A stretch of DNA of 64,000 nt. Origin: Dipteris shenzhenensis (taxonomy: Eukaryota). Of the stretch, positions 26,106 through 38,599 are shown piece after piece. The first letter of the stretch is position 1; the number at the start of each line of letters is the position of its first letter. The position numbers were made by a program, and so were the translations under genes. Where the stretch lies: assembly GCA_047967505.1 (NCBI GenBank), contig CM106538.1. The stretch is one strand, 5' to 3'. The notes under the pieces were generated by a model. That model saw only the letters and a program-made list of their open reading frames with translations, was not told where the DNA came from and did no database searches.

Positions 26106-26989
26106 AGACCGACTCAAGCCCTACGGGAGCACACAGGCTGAGTGCTTTTGAAGTGCCACTGGTGGGTAAGCATATAGCATGGAGGTGGAGGGCAGAGTGT
26201 GAGTTGGGGAGAAACCAGCCATGCTCTGGTATGGCATGGATATCTGGGGGGGGGCACTTGGGGGGAGAGAGGATGCACTTCGGGGGAGAGAGGATACGCT
26301 GTGTGGGAGGGTGATAGAAGAGGATGAGGGACAGAGGACTGAGTTGGAGACTGGGGGAGGGGGAGCTAGGAGAACTGAGTTGGAGACTGGGGGAGGAGAA
26401 CTGTATGACTGTATGATGGCCCTGAGGGCTAAAGAGCCGGCAAGAGGTGTGTGGCCTGAGAAAGAGCCATCATGGTATATGGCTGTACTGTCCACTTGGT
26501 TCCTACTTTGAGTAAACCTCGTATTGAATTCCGTACCCGGACTCTTTCCCCTCTCTGTGTCTTCTTTCTTGTCTCTTGGCTTTTCCTTTTCTTTGTCATT
26601 ATCCACATCTCGAGCCATACTCTATCTATCCGTATCCATAAATCAGCTCACCATCCCCTTGAGAGTCGATGGGAGGGGGCAGTAGGGTAGGTACCAGATC
26701 AGTAGCTGAGCTCAGATGGGTGTGGATGGATGATGTGGGAAGAGAAATGGAGAGAGCATCATCAGTATGGATTCGTTGGCTCCTCGATGACGCCTAAAGC
26801 GTTTGTTGTTGCCTTCTCACCTCTATACCACATATTCTAAAATAGTCTAATAACATCACAACTACAAAATCATTTCTATGTAGAACATGTGGCATCTCAC
26901 TGCTATTACACAAACGGAAGAAAAAAACACAATAGAGCCCCATGATCAGTTTTAAAAAATGCATACGTACTTCAGATCCTTGAACATAC

Positions 26990-27398
26990 CTGCATTGGTA
27001 CTATGTAGCAATGTCCTTCCACAAGGGGCTCCCTAGGAGGTAACATTAGATAAGATGAATTGGCTATTGAAATGGTGAGATGCTTAGGACGGGATACATT
27101 GCCAAAACAAAATTGGCAACGCTCCTCTTGCGTCAAGATTCGCTTGTGGTCACGCATAGCCTGCAGAGCTTCCTTTCCTCCCAGACTCTTTGACACCTTT
27201 TTTCTAGTCCTGGATTCAGAAGCCTCAAATCCAGTCCCAAAGTCATATTCATCTTCAATACCACTTGCCTTATTGTACTGCTTATTATGCAAGATGCTTT
27301 TAAATATCTCATCATCTCCATCGTTCTTCTTGGTCCTACGTTCATAGTCAGCTGTAATGCTTTTCAGGCTTGGTCCAGCACTCTGGTTTTCACGATGC
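26990..27398 (-). CDS. CWF19L2: CWF19-like protein 2, coding exon 7 (start of CwfJ C-terminal domain 1)
   Basis: RILTQEERCQFCF..RPKHLTISIAN..YLMLP..PLVEGHCYIVPMQ. Acceptor CTAG, donor CAG/GTATGT. Phase matches exon 6. Confidence 0.92.
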
Positions 27399-28215
27399 CT
27401 AGCCCAGTAAAAACACACACAGTAAAAAAGAGGATTAGCTACGCAATACAGTACTTGAGAAAGCACCAAGCAGAAATTATTCTACGTAAATTTTTCTATT
27501 GTCTCAATCCCAGAGTCAAGTTACTATCCCCCCAACTTGTAATGTCTATCATTTTCAGCAATTCTAAGGGTCTGATTCAAGCACCTCCTCTTGCTTGTTT
27601 TTCTTCTAGAAGTTTCGTGCCCATGGTTAATTGAATTTTAATAGTGGTTTTTATTATTAGTAGAAGGATTGTAGGCCATCTCATGGGCTATCCATAGATG
27701 CCACTTATACCTTGGTATGTGCCTTGTAGGCCTAGTTATAGTCAGTTAGGACTATTGGTACACTTAGTTTATGTCCCATCTAGGTCACTTAGGGCACTTA
27801 GTCCAGTTAGGGCAGTTAGCCCTAGGGTTTTGTTATGTTGGCTCTCCCTTGAGCCTCCACACTCAATTTTTGCAGCAATCTAGTACAGCATCTCGTTTTT
27901 CTCCTTCTTACCTCCATTTTTGAGCTTCCATTGCTTGCCATAGCCAACAGTGGTATCAAAGCAAGCCGGGAATCCATTCCCTCAAACAACTTTCCCAAGC
28001 TGTTTGGCAGCCTCTGGAGCTCTCATTCCTGCTGGTCTTGCTGGTTTTGACACTCCCACGAGTGTTTGAGGCCTTTCCAAGGACTTCTATCGCGAAAAAC
28101 CTCATTTTGTCGCAAGAAGACCGCACTTTGGAGCAACCATCGCGAAGGGAACTGTGTTCCGGTGCATTTTCCAGCCCGCTGCAACCACACGTGTGCATTT
28201 ACAGCAACTGTACGG

Positions 28216-28876
28216 AATCTGTACAACAGTACGAAACCTGTACGGCCATCCATACACTGTACGGACAGTAGACACCTGCATTTACTGCATTCTCGATTCC
28301 CGAAACTGTATGGGCCGGACCTGCAGCGCTTAGGGCTGTACGGACTGCCTTGGGGTGCATGCCAGCATTTTGAAGCTGTTTCGAGGTGCGAGCCAGCATT
28401 TCAGAGCTGTTTTGTGGTGCATGCCAGCATTTTGGACCTGCCTCGAGCTGTATGACGACTGTAGGAGCTTTTTGGAGCATGTTGAAGTGATCTGGAGTTC
28501 ACTCCTTGAGCCCATTCTTCCTCATTTGGCATCCCTTTGCCTCGAATCCGTACAACAGTACGAAACCTGTACGGCCATCCATACACACTGTACGGACCGT
28601 AGACACCTGCATTTACTGCATTCTCGATTCCCGAAACTGTATGGGCCGGACCTGCAGCATTTAGGGCTGTACGGACTGCCTCGGGGTGCATGCCAGCATT
28701 TTGAAGCTGTTTCGAGGTGCGAGCCAGCATTTCAGAGCTGTTTTGTGGTTGCGTGCCAACATTTTGAAGCTGCCTCGAGCTGTATGACGGCTGTAGAAGC
28801 TTTTTGGAGCATGTTGAAGTGATCTGGAGTTCACTCCTTGAGCCCATTCTTCCTCATTTGGCATCCCTTTGCCTCG
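28216..28876 (+). repeat. Tandem duplication (2 x ~330 bp) in the Copia-4 leader
   Basis: Two near-identical units start at 28216 and 28545. Confidence 0.92.
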
Positions 28877-31800
28877 GGCTGCGAGTTCTCCTCCATTGAA
28901 TCTCTTTCTCTCCATTTCTTAGTGCTCTCCTCCTCGTGGGAGCACTTTCTTTTGCTATAACTCTCATTTCCAGCCTTCATTTGCTCGCATTCAGAGCCTT
29001 TCACTACTGTTCTTTTGGGCTACATCATAGAGTAAGCTGTTGTTGCATTGGTTCTTTCCAATTTCTGCTTCATTTGCATTTTGGAAAGGCCTCGTGTTGC
29101 CTTGGAAGGCCTCATGTTGCCTTTGGGGATTTTTCTTGCAACAGGTACACCTTGGGACAGCAGAGTCTCTTGCAAGCATAAGCTTTGAAGCTTGGGCAGA
29201 TTTTTGTTACTTGATTCTGAGAGGTTGCCTTTCTTCATTTGCTTTGCCAGTTGGTGCATTTGTCTTGTATTTCAGCACCATGTCTGGTGGCAAAGATGAT
29301 TTGTTTGGGATGCTTGGGGCTGATGACAAGCTTGATGGCACCAATTATCCCATGTGGTTATACATGATGGGACATGTTTTGGCATATTGTTTCAGGTTCT
29401 GAGACCAAGCCTACACGCACTGTTACTTCTGGTGCTACACCTACAGCCTCTGGCTCTTCAGGTGATGGTTCTAATGCTATTTCCATGACACCTGCACCTC
29501 CTGCTATAGGCGCTTTGCCTCCTTCACAGGAGCAAATTCAGTGGGATGGTCATGATGCCAAAGCACATGCCTTGATTGCTCTTTCAGTGGAACGGGTTAT
29601 TATCCCTCACATCCGGTCTTGCAAGACAACTAAGCAAGCATGGGATCAGCTTGCATCATTGTATCAGGTGCGGAATGAGGCGAGGGTTGCCTATCTCCAC
29701 AAGTAGTTGAAAGATTTAAAGCTTGATGGAGGTGGTAACATGGATGCCTATCTCACTAATGTGAAGGACTTGAAAGAGCAGTTGGCCAACATTGATGAGA
29801 TTATGCTTGATTCTCAGCTTGTTTCTAATACCCTTGATGGGTTGCCTGATTCATATCAAGGCTTTGCTACTACATTGAGGTTGGTTACAGGAGGTGATGT
29901 CAATCCTTTCTCATTTGACCAGCTGGTTGCTTCTTCAGGAGGTGCAAAGTCATGTGATACACAATGCTTCTATGGCTAGTGATCAAGCATTTGCTGCCCA
30001 TCACAAACACAAAGGTAAAGGCAAGGTTTCAACTGGAAAACCCTCTCATTCTCATGCTGATCATTCACACGGTGCCTCTTCTTCAAGGGATAACAAAAAG
30101 AAGAAGAGATTATGTAATTATTGCAAGAAACCTAGGCATGACATTTCTGAATGCAGGAAGCGCATAGCATCTAAAAAGAAGAAGAAAGAGTCTGGTCTTG
30201 CAGTATCTGGTTCTTCTAGTGCAGAAGATCAACATAAGTCCGCTAATTTTGCACAAGACCAGCATTGGGCTTTCTTGGTTACATGTCAATATAATCTTGA
30301 TGTTCATGATGCTTGTATGGCAGTTTCAGATGTTCGTGATGCCTGGTTCTTTGATAGTGGTGCTAGCAAGCATATCACTTCCTGCAGGAAGTTATTCAGC
30401 TCATTGGAGCTTACATCTCAAGGGGCCAGTTGTAGGCCATCTTCTGGTGGTTCTAGTGATGCCCTATAGGCCATAGCATGTGCCTTGTAGGCATAAATAT
30501 AGGCACTTATAGTCTTAGTGCCTTTTAGGCCACATGACACTTAGTCCTATGTGACACTTAGTCCTAGGTCTAGGTACAAGTACTTTGTACTCCTTTTTTC
30601 ACTACACTAGTTGACGTGACGGCTAAGACTCTATCGACACTTTGCACCTTGCTCTCTCTCTATCATCTAACGATCCTACAGTGGTATTAGAGCCACGTTC
30701 AGATTCGTCTCCTGCCCCTGGACTCGCACCAGCCTCCTTCATCCGTACAGTTGTACGGTATGGACGACCGTACTCACAACTTGCTCCGTACTTGCGTCGC
30801 CGTACAATCGTACTTGCTCTGTACTTGCTTCGTCGTACAGTCGTACTTGCTCTGTACTTGCTTCGTCGTACAGCCGTACAGATTTGAATCTGCATCGCCC
30901 CGTACAGCCCGTACACCATACAGTTTGGTACTTGCATTTTGTACACCGTACAGCTATGTACTTGAGCAACTGTACAAATCCGTACCTGCACTACGTACTT
31001 GTCCGTATAGGGTACTGTACTCCTCTCCGTACCTGTATCATGTACAATCAGCATACATGTCCGTACTGTGCTTCCGTACACCGTACACCCGTACACTGTA
31101 CTACGTAGTACATGCAACCGTACAACCGTACATTGGATTCCGTGCTGATATCTGTACTGTTCCGTACATCAGTTCAGTACCCATGCAGTACGTTGTACAT
31201 GCATTGTACTTGCTCCGGGATTTGGTGCATTTTTTCAGTCAATTTGTGGACAGCAAGTCCTAATTTTATAGTTGCAAGCCTTGAGGCTATTTTTTTGGTA
31301 TTTGGTCTGCAATTTCTCGTTTGATTGCAATACATTGGGTCAGATTGGAGAACATTGAGTCACATTTGCAGGACATTGAGTCAGATTATCATACATTGGG
31401 TCACATTTGTAAAAATTTCAGCAAATTTGGGGCTTTTCTGTATTTGCGCTCTTTTTGGCCTAGTTGCCCTCATTAAATTTGGGGCTTTTGCCAAATTTGC
31501 TGTTTTTGCAGTGAACATTGCCTGCCACAATCACATTTCGGTCAGATCTGCATTTGCCCTTTGATTTGGGTTGGAAATTCGCATATAATTGCTGTCATTT
31601 TTGGACAGCCAGCTCTTTGCAGTGATAGCCTTGAGGCTTTCGGGTTTTCAGGTCTCTTTCAGAGTATCACATTTGCTATGGCTGGGAACAATCAAGATCT
31701 ATTAAGCATTCTTCGTGAAGATGATAAGTTGGATGGCACCAACTATCCAATGTGGTCTTATCTCATGAAACATATTATTGTTGCAAAGCATTTGTGGAAT

Positions 31801-34755
31801 ATTGTTTCTAGGGTTGATCTCAAGCCGGCCAATGCTACGGTGGTTGCCTCTACTGCTGGTCCCTCTGCAGGGTATACTCCTCCTGATGCCTCATCTTCTA
31901 GCACTCCTGCTGCTGCTCTTCCAACTCAAGAACAGTCAAGATGGGATGCAAGAGATGCAAATGCACATTCATGTATTGCTTTATCATGCAAGAGAATCAT
32001 TATTCCACACATCCAATCTTGCACAACAGCAAAGAATGCTTGGGATAAATTGGCTTCCCTTTATCAGATTCGCAATGAGGCACGTGTTGCATATTTGAGA
32101 AGGCAGTTACAGGAAGTCAGTATGAATGAAGGTAATTCTATGGATGCATATCTGACAAAGGTCAAGGACCTCATGGAACAACTTGCCAACATTGATGAGG
32201 TGCTGCCAAATTCACAGCTTGTCAGTACCACACTGAATGGACTACCAGATACATATCAAGGGTTTGCTACAACCCTTCGATTAGTGGCCATGGGTAATCC
32301 GGACCACTATTCTTTTGATCAGCTAGTTACTTTGCTTTTGCAGGAAGAGCAAAGTCGAGCTAATAGACAACCCATTATTCCTAATCATGCATTTGCTTCA
32401 CAGCAAACAGAAAGAGGCAAGGCTTCCAAGCCTATGGGCAAGCCTAAATCTGCACATAGCAGCTGCAATTCCTCCCATGCATCTAAAAATACAGCAGATA
32501 AGTCAAAGAAGAAAAGATGCAACTATTGTCGCAAGCTTGGACATGACATTTCCAAATGCAGGAAGCGCATTGCTTTGAAGAAAAAGAAAGCAGGATGGAC
32601 AGTTAATGCCTCACATGCTATTGAATCCTATCAGCCAGCAGATGCTTCACATGCACATGCTCTCCAGCATGATTGGGCATGGGCTGTCCATTGCTCATTT
32701 GATCCCTCCAAAGCTGATGCACTCTTTACTGCTATGATATACCTTTGTAAGACTAGAATAAGTCCAATCATACCTTTGTAATGCACTCATTACTACTAAT
32801 GATGCTCAATCTTGGTATTTTGATAGTGGTGCTTCCAAGCACATCACATCTTGCAGACAGTTGTTTCATTCTTTAGCTGATGCACATCGAGGGGGGACTG
32901 TCACATGTGCTAATAATGCTTCCTATGCTGTAAAAGGAATTGGAGAAGTGTAGCTCACATCCATTTCAAGCCATCCTATCACTTTGACAAATGTTCTTTT
33001 TGTGCCTGGAATTGAAGTCAACTTGATTTCAATTTCAGCAATTACCACTTCAAGTTTCAGAGTGATTTTTGATGGCTACAGATGCCTAGTTTATGATCTT
33101 CGTGATGACAATGCCATAGTTCTCACTGGCACTTTGCACTTTATCACCTTGATCATCTAGTTCTCACTGGCACTTTGCAAAAGGGGCTTTATCACCTTGA
33201 CAAATGTTCTTTTTGTGCCTGGAATGGAAGTCAACTAGATTTCAATTTCAGCAATTGCCACTTCAAGTTTCAGAGTGATTTTTGATGGCTACAGATGCCT
33301 AGTTTATGATCTTCGTGATGACAATGCCATAGTTCTCACTGGCACTTTGCAAAAGGGGCTTTATCACCTTGATCATCACTCAGCTGCACTTTCTATTGAA
33401 GCATTTGCTATTTCAGATACACAACTTACTGAAACTCATATTTGGAATGAGAGAATGGGTCATCTCAATTATAGAGATCTTGCAAAGCTACATTCACAGC
33501 AGATGGCAAAAGATGTACCTCAAACTCACACAGTTTCCAAACATGTGTGTGAGGGTTGTCTTTTGGATAAGATGCATCGGTTTCCTTTTCAAAAGAATTG
33601 TCCAAAACTCTCACAATGGAAATCGCCGTTAGTGCACAATGATGTATGTGGCCCAATGAGGACAAATGCCATTGGGGAATACAAGTATTTCATGACTCTC
33701 ATTGATGACTTCACAAGATATTGCTAAGTATATCCTTTAAAAGCCAAATCTGAACTTTTCTTATGCTTTCAGAGGTGGCTGAATATGGTTGAGAATGAAT
33801 CAGGATGCAAGCTTGTCACCCTCAACACAGATACAGGGGGAGAGTATATGTCAAACAAGTTTGATGCATTTTTGTCTTCAAGGGGCATTGTTCACTCATG
33901 CACTACTCCTTACACTCCTCAACAAAATCCTCTTTCTGAAAGGAAAAATAGGTCCACAATGGCGATGGCCAGATGCATGCTTAAGGCCAAGTCTTTGCCC
34001 AATAAATTTTGGCTTGATTCAGTGATGTGTGCCAACTATGTGCTGAATAGAACCTATAAGGGCATTGAAGACTGTTACACCTTATGAAGCATGGAAAGGC
34101 AGGAAGCCTTCACTTTCACACATGAGAGTTTTTGGGTCTCTTGCATATGTTCATGTACCATCTCAGCTGAGACATAAGCTTGATGACACGGCAATCAAAT
34201 GCATATTTATTGGTTACAGTCAGGAGAGCAGAGGCTATAGGTTATACCAACCAAATACTGGGAAGATTATTATCAGTAGAGATGTAATCTTTGCTAAACA
34301 TTCAGCTTCTCCTCTTGTGGACTGCAAAGCTAAGCCAGATGTTGACTTGTTTGATGCCTTTGAATCTTGGTTACCTCTGCCATCCTTAGAAGAGGATTTT
34401 GATCAGCAACATGAGCCTCCTGCAAGCCCTTCAACAAGCAATGATCAGCCAGAACCCCATGCTGATTTGCAGATTTCTCTTCCAGCACAAAATGATCCCA
34501 GTATTCATGATGCAGTGATTGAAGAAAGAGGTGTCAATAGACAGCAAAGGCAAGTTCCCAGATGGCTTCTTGATACATTGAGGGACAGCAAACAAGATCA
34601 GTCTTTTGCTGCCCGGACAAGCTCAGGGAATAGACAGATGCATGGTCACTTTCTTGACTTTGCACTCCTTGCTACAACTTGCAATGAAGAGCCTCTGTGC
34701 CATAAAGATGCTTTTGACAGCAAAGAGTGGATGCATGCAATGAGAGCTGAGTTAC

Positions 34756-35926
34756 TGTCACCACAATGTAAATATCCTAAGTCAAAGTACAGTTGACCAT
34801 TTATTTGATCATAATTGAAGAGTTTTATATGTGTTAATTATGGTCAAAGAGTTCTTTTAATGGTCAAAGAATTGACTACGGTCAAAGATACTTGACTCTG
34901 GTCAAGTAAACTGACTTCGGTCGGGAGACTTGGTTTATTACCAAGAGGGTTAACTACGGTTAACCAGAGAACTACAGAGCTGACTACGGTCAGAGAGTGT
35001 TGACTTCGGTCAATGAGACTTGGCATGCGCCAAGAGGGTTAACCACGGTTAACCAAGACGTGCCAACTTCGGTTGGAGAGTTGTGCCAACTTCGGTTGGA
35101 GAGACTTGGCTATAATTAAGGCGCCTCGATCCTTGATCAAAGCCCCTTAATTATGATCAAGAGCGTTGACTTCGGTCAACGAGAGTATATATATATATAT
35201 ATATATATAATTTTTTTATTTTTAATTTTTTTGGGTGTGGGGGAGGGGGGGGGGGGGTTGTTATGTGTGCACATGTATTCAATGGGGACGCCCACCGTGA
35301 CTAGAACTAGTCCACAAGTTAAATTTGCTTGCAAAGCGCTAACAATTAATGGGTGCCATGGTGGTGCACTTTAATTAATTGTTGCAGGTACTAGGAAGAG
35401 TTATTTTCCTAAGCGTTACGGGAGCCTAATCAGAGTCTAGGAGGCGGTTCGAGTGACCAAGTGCTTCGAAGACTCCAGAGTTACCCTTAGTGGCATGTAA
35501 TTAGGAAAGTAGTGTAGAAATTGACAAGTGGCTTATTGCCAAGAAGGGGAGCCTAAGAGCTCATGTAATGATTCATTCATTCGCGTTTTGGATTATGTAT
35601 GAACAGCTCTACGCTGAACTATGTACTTCATCTTCTCTCAAGTACTAAAATCCTTCAGGGGGGTCCACCCCGACTGTTGTCCTGGGCCCTAGTGTCTCTG
35701 TTGAGAAAGGGAGAGAGGGAAAGAAATGAGAGTGTTGTTGGTTGTTTTTCTACGGGTATTATTTCATTGGTATCAAAGCCAAGGCTCATAGCCTTCTCAA
35801 GCTGTGATGATCCAAGAGATAAGGAGGGAAAGAAGCAGAGACCCACCGTGACCACATAAAGCGTTGAGGTGAGCGTAACGTGCACCTGAGCAAAGGAGGG
35901 AGTCGCCAAAAGTAACAAGGCCTATT
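34756..35926 (+). mobile_element. Unclassified LTR element X: ~1 kb 5' LTR, PBS-Met and short leader
   Basis: Starts TGTCAC exactly where Copia-3 homology stops. Ends TTTCA at 35766, followed by TGGTATCAAAGCC at 35768. Confidence 0.78.
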
Positions 35927-38599
35927 TGAAGCAAATAGAATGAGTGAGAGAGAGCAAGAGAGAGTGAGAGAGCAGGAGGCTTGGAAGCTGAAGACGTAGT
36001 TGCAATAGAATAGAGAGTACTACACACTGAAGGAAAAAGATAAGGTTTTGTCCTAGTGACAAAACCTTAGTAGTCACTAACCATAGTTAGTGAACTAACT
36101 GCGGTTAGGGGGAAAAACCTCTCAAAGAGGGAAAAGTGCCCCTAACAAGCTTATTATATTACATTGGTCACTGCTGAATTATGTCTATAATTCTAACACC
36201 CCCCTGCAGTGCCAATGTCATGTACAAGGCTAATCAATCACCAAATGGATATAAGTTCTGGGCACTGCGAAATGCCTCAAACTTTTCACGTGGTAGTGCT
36301 TTGGTAAAAATATCTGCAACGTTGTCATGTGTGGACACAAAGATCATACTGATCTCTCCTGCATGCAACTTCTCTCTGACGTAGTGATAGTGAACCTCAA
36401 TGTGTTTCGTGCGAGCATGAAACACTGGATTCTTTGCCACTGCAATGGCACTCTGACTATCAGTGAGAATTGGAGAGGGACCCTCCAAAGACAGAGGAAG
36501 ATCAGCAAATAGACGTCGCAGCCAAACACATTCAACTGTTGCTGTGAAAGCTGCCCTGTACTCAGCTTCACATGATGAGGTAGCCACTGTAGATTGTTTC
36601 TTGCTCAGCCATGAAATACAAGATTTACCCAAAAAGAAACAATTGCCACTAGTGGACTGCCTAGTGTCATAATCACCAGCCCAATCTGAATCACTGTAGG
36701 CATACATCTGCAAGTCACCCCCCCTGGGAAATAGTAAGCCAAAAGACTTTGTGCCCTGCAAATAACAGAAGATGCGCTTAACTGCCTGCCAATGCATAGT
36801 TTTTGGGCTGTGCATGTACCTGCTCACCTGAGATACTGCAAACTGAATATCAGGTCTAGTGTTGCAGAGATATATGAGGCATCCAACAGCCTGACTATAA
36901 CGTGTGGCATCAACTAATTCTCCTGCATCATGCATTGTGAGTTTCAGCCCCGGTTCCATAGGAGTGGATATGGGCTTACACTCTTGCATGTTAAATCTGT
37001 CCAAGAGTTTCTGAACATACTTGGACTGAGACATAACAGTGCCACGTCTCTCATGAGAGAACTGGATCCCCAAATAAAAGTGAAGCAGCCCCAAATCTGA
37101 CATGTCGAAGTTGGTCTGCAAATCAGCTTTGAAATCTGCAATTTTTTCTTCATTGGACCCTGTGAGCAGTAAGTCATCGACATAAAGAAGGATGACTAAT
37201 ATTTCCCCCCCATCCATCTTGATGTAGAGGGTGCTCTCAGTAGGACTATTGTGCAGCACCTTGCTGGTCAAAAAGGCATGTATCTTGGCATACCATGCAC
37301 GAGGGGCCTGTTTCAGCCCATATAAAGCTTTATTGAGCTTGCATACTTGAAGTGCATTTGCTGTAATTTCAAAGCCCGGAGGTGGTCTGACATACACCTC
37401 TTCCAACAAGTCCCCATTCAAGAAGGCTGTTTTTATGTCCAACTGATGAACATTCCACTCAAAATGTGCAGCCATTGCAATTACTGATCGGATGGTGGTC
37501 ATCCGGGATGTAGGAGCGAATGTCTCCTCATAATCTATGCCCTTTTTCTGAGCATAGCCTTTAGCAACCAGCCTGGCCTTATATCTGTCAATGGAGCCAT
37601 CTGGCTTCCGTTTGACTTTAAATACCCATCGTGTGCCAATGGCATGTTTACCCTGTGGCAAGTCCACAACATCCCAAGTCTGATTTTTTGCAATGGACTG
37701 CAACTCATCGTGCATGGCATTCATCCAATGCACATTACCTTTTGCCTCTTCAAATGTGGCAGGCTCCTCCTCATCAAGGAGAGTACCTGCATATGCTGAT
37801 TCCACTGAATTAGCACCTTCCATGTGCCTTGCTGCACTGCGAGTCCTGCCAGGTAACGGAGCATCAAGTTTACTCTCCCTGAGAGTCTGTAACAGCCAGT
37901 TTGGGACTGTTTTTGCTGCATGTATGTCTGCAATTTCTTGCTGCACCACCTGTTCCACTGCCTGTGGAGGGGGCAAGACATCCTGTGGCGGAACTGAAGC
38001 ATTTGGAGGTTGCTGTAAATTCTGATTTGGATCAGAAAAATCAGCAGGGGAACCCAAAGCAATGGGTAGCAACCCGTCAAAGACATCCTCTGAAGACGAA
38101 GGCATTTGAAATTCAGCCTGAGTGTGAGCTGAATTTTCAGAAAATATCACATCTCTACTTACAATGATTTTGCGTGTAGCAGGATTGTAGAGACGGTACC
38201 CCTTGCTTTCTGCACTGTATCCAACAAATATGCATTTGATGGCTTTATCTGACAATTTGTGCCTAAATTCAACTGGCACATGTGCATAGGCAAGGCATCC
38301 AAAGACTCGAAAGTGATCCACTGAAGGCTTTCTGTCATTCCAGACCTCAAAAGGAGTTTTTGTTTTTAAAGCCTTAGTGGGAGCCCTGTTCAAAATGTAA
38401 TTGGCACACATCAAACCCTCTAGCCAGAATTTATGAGGCATGTGTTTGCTTTTCAGCATACATCTGTCCATCTCCATGAGGGTTCTATTTTTCCTCTCAG
38501 CTTTGCCATTTTGCTGAGGGGTCAGCCTGACTGTGAGCTGATGCACAATACCCTTTTGCGTGAGAAAAGCATCGAATTCTGCAGATAGGTATTCCCCAC
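35927..38599 (-). mobile_element. Ty1/Copia element 5 (Copia-2 family), 3' half only
   Basis: 3' LTR 35927-36198. Open integrase-RT-RNase H ORF 36234-38546, nearly identical to Copia-2. Truncated at about 38599. Confidence 0.93.

Noticed and set aside
26121-26832. 165-aa Pro/Ser-rich ORF with a degenerate PBS-like sequence upstream
   Set aside because: No recognisable domain or splice support; probably a decayed retroelement fragment and not a CWF19L2 exon.
30623-31263. Cys/Tyr/Thr-rich ORFs over the GTAC array (also 20050-20754 and 28038-28915)
   Set aside because: All frames are open because the motif lacks stop codons, and they lie in retrotransposon leaders; not credible proteins.
34870-35182. 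CRISPR-like or terminator array
   Set aside because: Eukaryotic LTR context, no constant repeat with unique spacers, no cas genes and no U-tracts.
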